Shown here in pieces: positions 1 to 10,210 of a stretch of 64,000 bases of DNA; position 1 is the stretch's first letter, and each line of letters starts with the position of its first letter. The position numbers and the translations under genes were made by a program. Origin of the DNA: Eledone cirrhosa (lineage: Eukaryota); contig OZ024754.1 in NCBI GenBank assembly GCA_964016885.1, positions 26,598,001 through 26,662,000 of the forward strand. Direction: 5' to 3'. Under the pieces are notes generated by a model. That model searched no databases and had not been told where the DNA came from. It saw only the letters and a list, made by a program, of their open reading frames with translations.

Positions 1-1350
1 GGACAAATGCCCTCCATAGTATCAACATCGTCTCTCGGCCTCTTGTTCGGAAAGTCCTCAAAATCCAGCCAGCAAGTCGCCTGCACATTGTCGCCACCCT
101 CGTGATGTGTGAAGAAAAAGATGCATCATCGCTCATGTCTATTCCCAGGTCTCGTATCGATTTTGACACGGGGATTTCGATCCCTCCTGGTCCAGTGTAA
201 CTGTGTTGTACTGTCTTTGTGTTAGCAGGTTGGTATTGTAGGGCTTGAAATTTTCCAGCATTAAACTGCATGTTGTTGTCCTCAACCCATTTGTATATGG
301 CATCCAAATCTTGTGGTAAAAGGGCAGCATCAGCCGGGTTTTTGATTGCCTGTGCTACCTTCGTGTCATCAGCATAGCTAGTGAAGGATGTTGTATGTAC
401 TACAGAGGGCATGTCTGAGAGGGCCACCAAAAACCAGTAGTGGTCCCAAGACTGCACTGGGGCACCCCACTTGTTATTAATGCTTCCTTTGAGAGGGCCC
501 CATTGGCTGAAACTGTCTGGCTTCTGTCTTTTAAGAAATCATGCAGTCACTCACCTACTTTTCCAGTTATGCCGAGTCTGTGTAGTTTGTGACATATCAT
601 TCAGTAGTTGACCTTGTCATAGGCCTTCGCAAAGTCAAGATATATCACGTCCACATGTGAGCTGTCCAGCAGTTGTTTCAGTACCGAGTCATAGTATTGT
701 AACAGCTGTGTAAGGCAGCTTCTTCCTGGCCGAAAGCCAGGCTGCGTGTTAGTTAGGCGGTCATTTTCCTCGAGGAACGTGATCAGTTTCTTTTTGATGA
801 TTGGTTCCATGACCTTACTGATATGTGACGTCAGGGAGACTGGTCTGTAGTTTTTGGCCTCCGCGCTGCATCCTCCTTTATGGATAGGGCATATTGTGCC
901 CTCTTTCAGCTCTCTGGGTAGTCTACCGCTAGCCAAGGAGCTTCTGAAGAGAGTCGTCAGTGGTCTCGCTAAGGCATGTTTACATGTTTTTAGGAGGACT
1001 GCTGGGAATCCATCAGGTCCAGAAGCTGAGTGTGTTCTAATTTCGTCTATAGGGGATATCACATCCACCTCCGTTATGTCTATGTGGTTAATGGCCGCCA
1101 TTTCTCCGTAGAGTCTTGTGGCATCAAAGAAATCCTCTGGCTTTGTTATTTGCATGTGCCTCAGTGGGAGTGTGAACACACTTTTCTACTGTTCATTCTG
1201 TATTTCACTTTTAACCGTGGGGATTCTCGATTAATGAACCTTTTTATGGAAGAGTGGCCCAATCTTGCAATGTACTGAGGCAGTTTCTTTTGCAAATTTA
1301 AAGAAGGCCTTAGGGCTTGTTTTAATATTTTCTATGACCCTGGCTTCTCT
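1..1350 (-). mobile_element. Decayed CR1-like LINE, reverse-transcriptase region (continues off the left edge)
   Basis: ORF 601..1179 has RT motifs (SGPDG, NYRPVSLTS, GFRPGRSCLTQL, YLDFAKAYDKV). Minus-strand SYADDT near 361-380 and RRLAGWILRTF near 50-90 continue in other frames, so the copy is frameshifted. Confidence 0.88.
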
Positions 1351-1765
1351 CTCTGCTCTCTATATATAGTTAGATAAATAGACAGATATGAACATACATA
1401 ATCCTTTCAGTCATTATAGCATATAATATTGATATTTCTAATTCCTTATTTTACTGTGCAAACTGTCCTTCGACATGCATTTTGGTTAAATTATTATTTT
1501 GGATTTAAAGAGAATAGTGTAAAGTATTTTTAATTCACTTCGGGGGCATCGCTCTTACAAATTTTGGTTTTTAATCATCCACGTCACATGACTAAGCTAA
1601 TTATTATGTCGTCACATGATTTATTTAGGCGGTGGATTTGTAGAATCGGTAGAATGTCGGATATAATATGCTTTGCAGTATTCCTCCTGGCTCACTGAAC
1701 TGTGCGCTTTGAGTTCAAATTTCACTAAAGTCAACGTTAAGGTGTTAATAAATAATTTAGTCACC

Positions 1766-1770
<5 letters not shown>

Positions 1771-1854
<84 letters not shown>

Positions 1855-1876
1855 CTCTCTCTCTCTGTCTCTCTCT
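1771..1876. repeat. (CA)n-(CT)n compound microsatellite
   Basis: Direct reading. Confidence 0.95.
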
Positions 1877-2139
1877 CCCTCTACCCCAGCTTCTTTTTTC
1901 TCTGGAAGTAATCAACTGTGTTTAGACGGTGCCCCTACGATTCTATTAGGAGTTAAGGGTCCATGAATGGATGGGTGACTTGCTTACATATTCGATAATG
2001 AAGTATTAAAAAAAAATATCTGATTGCGAAAATCCAAATTAGAAAAAATAAAATCTAAGAGAAGCTGCAGGTATGAACACGGTTCACAATCATGTAGTTT
2101 CGTGTTCAGTTCCAAACTGCGGCACTTAACAAAGCATTG

Positions 2140-2700
2140 GTCAACCCAACTTCCCCAAGCCTTCACGCAGCGTGACTAACTGAACCCCAAAACCACGAGG
2201 CTACAAAGCAAACACCTTAACCACACAGCAATATCTACCCTGCACCTATCCCTCTCACTCGCTGGGGTCGTCCTTAATACTTCTTAATACATGCTAATGA
2301 ACCTCTGTCGGTTACAACGATCAGTGTTTCAGTTGTTTGATCAATAGAACAACCTGACCGTGAAAGTACCTTAGCATTCCGTAGATTTAGCGTGAGACAG
2401 TTTGTGACTGTGACTGGCCCTTTGAATTACATATACAGCTGATCTTGTATTATAGTACAAGTACCTGAGCATTCCACAGACATATGTACCCTCAGGGAAA
2501 TAAGGTTGACCTTTTGAATTACAGATAAAGTCCATCCGGCCAGCTTCTCAGGGAGATTCAGTGTGACAGAAGTATGACAAGAATTCCAGGTACAACTCAT
2601 TTATTTTTCCAGAGTGGACTTGGGAAACGCGTAATATAGTATCTTAGTCAAAGACACAACAAACCTCCGTGAATCGAATTCGCTATCTTACGGGCACGTG
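2140..2700 (-). mobile_element. Degenerate tRNA-derived SINE fragments (family B)
   Basis: Similar to the better copy at 33940-34247 (gagcattccacagaca, gagtggact, tcttagtcaaagacacaac, B-box-like gaatcgaattc). Confidence 0.55.
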
Positions 2701-3769
2701 CATTCGCACTTATTAAATACAGTAGCAACAACATTTGACGAAATCAACGTCTGTTTTTAATTAGAACGCTTTCAAGTCTTATCATTTCGCAATATCTTTT
2801 TTATTAATTCTTTCCACGTAGAGATAATCCTATATTTTCATGATATTCCTTTTCTTTAATCTACCAAAAGATTTCTTGATTAAATATATATCATTTTACT
2901 GCGTTAATATTTAAAGAGATAATCTATTTTATTTTATTTTATCTTATATTTTATATTTTCTGTGTCACATTGTACGTATAGTCTGACATATGCAGATCTT
3001 AGCTCTATAAAATCAATGGAATAAAGTAACAATGATCGAGGGGTTAAGATAGATAGCAGATTATTTCCCTGGATTAGGAAATCAATTCCAACTTCAGTAT
3101 CGCTTGCCTGATAACTGAAAATTTTAATTCCAATTTCAATTTAAATTTACACGAATAATTGGAAAATTATTAGTGCATCTATAATTACTGTTTTCTTTTT
3201 GCGGCTAAAAGACTTTTCTCTTTTTAATTCTGTGAATTGTACGAAAATTGGCAGACGAAAAGGCACCTAATTTTCAACAGTTTGTAGAATACAATGAGTA
3301 TCATAGAAAAGGATGTACGCTACCAGCTGACCAGGTTTCCATTCTCAGTTGAAGGTATAATGGTGGAGATGTTAGTGGAATAACTGTTGACAAAATAAAT
3401 GTCAGAAAAAAGGAGCCTGTCGTCAGATCTGATAAAGGAAACAATGCTTCTACTGGTTCTTTTTCCATCTATCTGATACTATCTCCTGGTCACAACTCTT
3501 GAATGAAAGAAGTGAGATCTGAAGTTAGATACTGATACCTCTAAACATCCCGCCTGACTCTTTAGCAATTCCAGTAAACCACTTTTCCCTGGGCTTTCAC
3601 TTCATTAATCGATCACAAAAGCATGAAAAGGAAAATTGACGTCGACGGTATTTGAACTAAGAACGTACAGATCCGGATGCCAAAGCATCTTATCCATCAC
3701 TTATCTATGCAACGCCATTATGAGGAGTTTCGACTTCCTAAAACCTAATTCCTTTATAAATACTGCTCC

Positions 3770-4055
3770 GTCAGTTTCGACGAAGAATATTCAGTTGTTC
3801 GATCAATTGAAGTAACTGGTCACTGAATTGGACTGTAAGTAGATGAGTATTCCTCAGACATATGCACATATATAGTTACCCCCAGGCAGAACCAGGACGA
3901 CACAATGCTGGCCCATTGAATTACGGGAACAACTCATCAGAGTGGCTCCCGTACAATTTTCCACACAAAGCGTGGGTCGAACAAATGTTATAATAAAAGA
4001 TATTTGCCAAAGACACAATTGAAAGCAAACACTGTTAACACTCGGCCATGCTGCC
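3770..4055 (-). mobile_element. Degenerate SINE (family B)
   Basis: cgtcagtttcgacgaag...gatcaa...gagtattcctcagacata...acaactcat parallels 33950-34140. Confidence 0.45.
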
Positions 4056-4148
4056 TGTGTCTATATCTCATGAAAAAACGGCCATGTTTGTGGCTTGTAT
4101 CTTAGTAAGAAGTCAATATTAAGATTTTATGAGATTGTGTGATTGCTA

Positions 4149-4179
<31 letters not shown>

Positions 4180-4368
4180 TATTTATATATATATATACAC
4201 TGGGATAAACACACAAACACATATACATACATGTACGCACACAAACATACACACATATACACACACACACAATCACACACGCATATATATATATACATAT
4301 ATATGCGTGTGTGTGCGCGTTTATATATGTGTGCGTGTCCATTTGTGGGTGGGTGTACTTTAGCAATC

Positions 4369-4435
<67 letters not shown>

Positions 4436-4705
4436 GGTCTCCTGTTATTGGGAGGAGTGTAATCTTAGGATAAACAAACACCAGAAATCAGATACAAGGA
4501 TAAATACACTAAACGATTTAAGATAATATATGAATCTCTAAGGTATAAATCAGCATTGTTTAAAACATTGTATAGGTTCAGATATGGCGGGCGGGGGGGG
4601 GGGGGGTAAGATGTTGAACCTGGCATCGTTTAGTATAGACTCGGGTTGGCTGATGAATTGTAAGTGGTATTTGGTCGACGAAATCCCAGAAACCCATATA
4701 TATAT

Positions 4706-5397
4706 AGTTTTGCGAGGTTTTTTATATGAAATCGTGTGTCGAAACAGATATTGTTATACTTGGGGAGGGTCATATTTGCGTAATATTGCCAGAATTAATA
4801 ACAGAACACACTCACTGTTTGGTTGGTTTTCGCTTCTCGCTGTCTTTTATATATATATATCTGCGATCTAACTTACTCGGTCCTCAATGTTGCCATTGAC
4901 TGACCGGCGGTCAAAAATAATACAGATACAATATAGACACAAACACATATATATATATATAGTTTACATAATTTACATAAATCTTTCGTTGCACATCTGC
5001 AACATCGTCAGTGGTGTTATATTCATTGTTCCTCCTGTTGTGTTGTATGCCTACGCCATTTTTTTATTTTTTTTTTTATAGACAGACTGAATAAAAAAAT
5101 GGCGTAGGCATACAACACAACAGGAGGAACAATGAATATAACACCACTGACGATGTTGCAGATGTGCAACGAAAGATTTATGTAAATTATGTAAACTATA
5201 TATATATATATATGTTTGTGTCTATATTGTATCTGTATTATTTTTGACGGCCGGTCAGTCAATGGCAACATTGAGGACCAAGTAAGTTAGATCGCAGATA
5301 TAATAAAAGACAGCGAGAAGCGAAAACCAACCAAACAGTGAGTGTGTTCTGTTATTAATTCTGGCAATATTACGCAAATATGACCCTCCCCAAGTAT

Positions 5398-5403
<6 letters not shown>
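4706..5403. mobile_element. Non-coding fold-back element in (TA)n, probable PLE terminal-repeat remnant with inverted arm
   Basis: 4751-5070 and 5090-5403 are near-perfect reverse complements. Each arm carries a hammerhead-like motif. A second, shorter copy lies at 50041-50196. Confidence 0.8.
5143..5185 (+). ncRNA. Minimal type I hammerhead ribozyme-like motif (mirror copy at 4974-5016, minus strand)
   Basis: CTGACGA-t-[gttgca gatg tgcaac]-GAAA-gatt-TA. Stem II is perfect; stem I is weak. Confidence 0.6.
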
Positions 5404-5440
<37 letters not shown>

Positions 5441-5462
5441 TATGTATATATATATATATAAG

Positions 5463-5560
<98 letters not shown>

Positions 5561-5609
5561 CTTATATATATATATATATATATATAAGTATGTATATATA
5601 TATATATAA

Positions 5610-5680
<71 letters not shown>

Positions 5681-5726
5681 TTTATACATATATATATATA
5701 CATATATATATATACATATATATACA
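5404..5726. repeat. (TA)n microsatellite
   Basis: Direct reading. Confidence 0.95.
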
Positions 5727-6170
5727 TTGAATTAATTCTCTACCTACACCTGACTTCTCTTTTATTGTTCAAACACATAAATGTATGTGTATACACACAC
5801 ACACATACACCACATACACTCACACGCGCGCGTACATACACATTAAATATAGTACCAAATGCTGTTAATTATATCATAATTTAATTTACATGTTTTATCC
5901 TAATAGGATTCGTCGGAATTAAATAAGATATAGTTACCTCAGTAAATTCATTTCGTCAGTACTAGTGTGATATGTTTGGTTACTGATGGTTCACAAATTT
6001 GAGCACTCCTTCGAGAAGCCTCAAGTTTGATGAGCAATCGATTACAGAGTCGGGTACAATCACTAACAATGGTTTCTTGAACTGATCGGTCGCAAAACAA
6101 GCCTCACGTGTGAATAAATATAATGATGTTATATTGATAGTGCATGCTTGCTCCTTATTATCATTATCAT

Positions 6171-6173
<3 letters not shown>

Positions 6174-6202
<29 letters not shown>

Positions 6203-6470
6203 TGTATGTATGTATGTATGTACGTATGTATGTATGTATGTATGTATGTATGTATGTATGTATGTATGTATGTATGTATTATGTATGTATGTATGTATGT
6301 ATGTATGTATGTATGTATGTATGTATGTATGTCTGACTGTATGTATGTATGTATGTATGTATGTATGTATGTATGTATGTATGTATGTATGTATTATGTA
6401 TGTATGTATGTATGTATGTATGTATGTATGTATGTATGTATGTATGTATGTATGTATGTATGTATGTATG
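6174..6470. repeat. (TATG)n microsatellite, 3' flank of the R4/Dong element
   Basis: Direct reading. Confidence 0.95.
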
Positions 6471-8606
6471 TTCTTCTGGTTTTATAATTTCACAAATGTT
6501 TGCCATAAAGAGAGAGAGTCGGTTTCTAACATAGACACAAGACTCTCTCATTGGAATTTACACAACATCAACTAGGTAGATATGTATGTATGTCTGCATG
6601 CATGCATGTGTAGTATTGATGTTATTGTATGTGTGGCTGTGTATGTTTTGAGTTGTATGTGTGCATGTGTATATGCTTTATATCTGTACATGTGTATATG
6701 CAGTTATTAGATGCAACATTTTTGGAATGTTTTACATATTTTCACTGTTCCATTAATGGATTGTACTTGTAATTTAATAACTAGTCATGTTCTTTCTGTT
6801 CCTGTGAAGCCTAGCTTCTCAAGATTTGTATTGAGGCAGTTACTAACATATCCCAGTGCCCAACAATCCCAGGCATAAATCTGAAGGTGTAATCAGGGTG
6901 GAGTATCTGCAGATTTCTCATCAGTTCTGCATAAATATTCTCCTTTTCGCTAATCTTTGATATTATATTGGCATCTGCTGGACAGCTAACTTCCACTACT
7001 GTGCATACTTTCTTTTCCCTGGCCCATATCATAATATCTGGTCTGTTATGCCTGCATTTTGTGAAGGTTTTTACTGGAACATTCCACCAGTACACTTTCA
7101 TATTATGTATGTGGATGCCTTCCACATTGCTGTAGCTTTTAATGTGTTTATTATCGGGGCTACCTTTTTTGCGAACTGCATTGTACAGTGTTTTGGCCAC
7201 TACATCATGCCTCATAGGTAGATAGTACCGCGATGACATCTTTGGACAGCTGCTTATGACATAGGTGACATCTTCGATGTTAATTCCGCAGAGTCTGCAC
7301 TTGTTATCACATCTAGGTGTTTTGCCTGCATCCCTATCTCTTTTGTGAATCAGGTATTTTGTGTTGATTTCCTGTTCTTGGATTGCAAAAGCGTATCCAT
7401 CAAAGTGGGAGCCAATATAGCGGTTGTTGGTCCAAGATAGATACTTTCCTTATCTATATTACTCTCACTCTGGAGCTTCCTGGCAACATATCCATGCATG
7501 ATTTTTTGCTGATAAGCATGCAGTTTTTCATCCATGGATTCACTGCGATACTGCTGAGCGACTTCCCTAGGGTGTGAGTTTTTGTTTATCACACAGGGAA
7601 TATCTCTCAAGGAGTTCCTTCCCAACTCTCATCATCTTATCTGTTTCATGCAGATAGACTTGCTCCAGAGACGGGCTCCTACGTTTCGAGGTTCGTAGAT
7701 GTTGTCGGAGGGATATGATGCGACATTCAAATGCTGTCTGGACTGATGTTAGGCCTCTGCCTCCCTGCTTACGTTTCAAGTAAAGGCGGTCTATGTCACT
7801 GTTGATGTGGAAGTTTCCGTTGTTGTTTAGTATTTTTCGAATTCTAACATCAACTGCTCGGATTTCGTCTATCGTCCAATTGAGTATTGCAAACATTGGT
7901 GTTAGGTCAGGCTCAGCAAACACATTGTGAGCCACTGTTTTGTCTTGCGCAGAGAGTTCCGATGACCAGATCTTTCTTAATCGGGTGTAGTATTCCCTGG
8001 TTACGCGTTCCTTATTAAAGATACCATTATATGATATGTTCTCATCTATACCCAGGTATCTGTAGCAGTCCTCATCAGATATCGGTGAAACAGTTAGACC
8101 ATTGATGACAATGTTGCTAGATTGAGTTGTTGTTTGTCCTCGTTTTACAGTCATATATGAGCATTTATCTTGGCCAAATTCCTATATCCTTTGAGAATGT
8201 TGCAACCAGGTCAAGATTTTTCTTTATCCCATCCCTGTTCTTGGCATGGGTTAGCTTCGTATTTCTGTCCTCCTGTGAGCCAATGATGTATTCTTCACAT
8301 TTCTTGAGCAGAAAGGACAAGGGGTTTAATGACAGGATAAATAATATCACAGAGAGACTGTCTCCCTGAAATATACCCTTGCGATATTTTATTTTATCAG
8401 TGAAAATAGAGTCCTCTTTCTCTGTCTTTAGGATAGTAGTCCAAGAAGAAGACAGCCTCTCTATGGCTCTGACAATAATGTCTGGGACTTTGGCAAGTTG
8501 GGGGCCTCTATCATCCAAGAGTGGGGAACAGAATCGAAAGCTTTCCTGTAGTCCAGCCAGATTGTAGCCATATTCCTCCTAAGTTGTCGCACCTCCGACA
8601 TCGCAG
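6471..8606 (-). mobile_element. 5'-truncated, frameshifted R4/Dong-clade non-LTR retrotransposon (RT + zinc finger + restriction-like endonuclease)
   Basis: WLDYRKAFDSVPH, GIFQGDSLS, YRYLGI, DIDRLYLKRKQGGRGL, CRLC..(H>Y)..CP, RHDVVAK, HNRPDIMIW..VVEVSCP..KENIY across ORFs 8461-8766, 8165-8518, 7567-8154, 7350-7625 and 6811-7239. The catalytic DD motif appears deleted. (TATG)n on both sides. Confidence 0.88.
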
Positions 8607-8683
8607 TATGTATGTATGTATGTATGTATGTATGTATGTATGTATGTATGTATGTATGTATGTATGTATGCATGTATGTATGT
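8607..8683. repeat. (TATG)n microsatellite, 5' flank of the R4/Dong element
   Basis: Direct reading. Confidence 0.95.
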
Positions 8684-8794
8684 ATATATCGGATGAGACA
8701 AACTGAGTCTGTGCCAGTACGCCGGAATATATATATATTCCCGAGTGGAATACAGAGCTCTGGCATTACTAAACTAAATTAATTATCTAATTAA

Positions 8795-8836
<42 letters not shown>

Positions 8837-8840
8837 TATA

Positions 8841-9080
8841 GTATTTACGTATCGAGAAAGAGAAAAAAAGGGGGGATAGGTGATACATATAGTTATTTGC
8901 CAAGTTTTGCGAGCAATGAACCTTGATGTGGATTTAACCCCAAAAACTCTTTCCGAGCAATATAAGGAACACTTGTGATTATTTATGCCCTTGAGAAGCC
9001 CAACTGGGCGAAACGTACGTAGGTGATATTTTAAATAAACATGTTTTAACGGTCTATTCTCCGATTTTTTACATTCCCAC

Positions 9081-9083
<3 letters not shown>
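8841..9083 (+). mobile_element. Short insert between (TA)n runs with a hammerhead-like motif; probable PLE 3' remnant
   Basis: 8986-9025: tgcc-CTTGAGAA-[gccc aact gggc]-GAAA-cgtacg-TA-ggtg. Confidence 0.5.
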
Positions 9084-9144
<61 letters not shown>

Positions 9145-9365
9145 GGATTAACAAATAATAGTTAAATGCAGTCCACTTAGGTGAAGTCCAGTTATGGTAT
9201 TCCGGGTAGTGGATGATATTAACGCTTGGCTTGGTTTGACTCAACAAGGCGTTTTCATAGTGATGCTGCGGGTATGCTGTAATTCCTATGTTGTAAACAC
9301 TTGGAGTAATAATAAATCAGGAAAGAAGGTTTACATGGTTTGCTATACAAAAAAGTTTTTAATCA

Positions 9366-9479
9366 CATAGCTTACATTTGTTTCACTGAGCTGGTATGTC
9401 TAGAGATCGCTATCCGCCTAATTTTGCGTCACTCGATCGCCAATACAGAATTATAACCAGTCAGATCTTCGGAGCATGC
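9366..9479 (-). ncRNA. Hammerhead-like motif with a long stem II in the PLE pseudo-LTR (second copy ~12869-12982)
   Basis: Minus strand: catgct-CCGAAGA-t-ctga-ctggt...accag-c-tcag-t-GAAA-caaatg-TA-agctatg. Confidence 0.55.
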
Positions 9480-9834
9480 GAGAATGAAGAAAATACACAG
9501 GCAAGAAAATAAAAGAAAATATGGAGTAGTTATGGCATTCAATTAGAACAATAACAACAACAATTATTACAACAATGCTATCAATAAACTATTTAAGGAG
9601 ACCCTGACATTACTTAGGTGGGGGGTATATAATGTATCTAATGTTACGGCGTGAAAACCAGCTGTCATAAGGCAAAAAGTATCGTAGTGTGTATCAATTT
9701 TAAATTATAAAGATAAGCTAGTTTTTATAGTCTTTCTCTTCATCTTCAACAGCATACATGAGTGAGACCACTGTCAAAGCTCAATAGTTGTAGAGTTAAT
9801 ACAGAGGTTAACGAATTAATATACGCATATATCT

Positions 9835-9877
<43 letters not shown>

Positions 9878-10210
9878 AATATAAATATATATACACATAT
9901 ATGTGTACATAGACACATACATACACATCAATATACACTCGTACAAAAATATACATATATGCAAAGAGAAAAGCGTGCTAATTGTAATATGGCAAAAAGT
10001 AGGTAAAGTAACATTGTAGTAGTGAAATGAGAAAAACTAGGATCTAGGATCAAATGATTGCAGCAGCTGAGAAGGAGTAAGATTGTTGGTAGATGAGGTA
10101 TTTACAGACTATTGTGTGGTATAGACTTGTGAAGGAAATAGTATACTTAATGAATATATTTCTGTGGGTAGTAGGTATCCTAATTTAAAGCTATGTTATG
10201 TTGGTTCGAT

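Noticed and set aside
4644-4700. CTGATGA...GAAA hammerhead candidate
   Set aside because: Stems cannot be assigned convincingly and the motif runs into an (AT)n tract.
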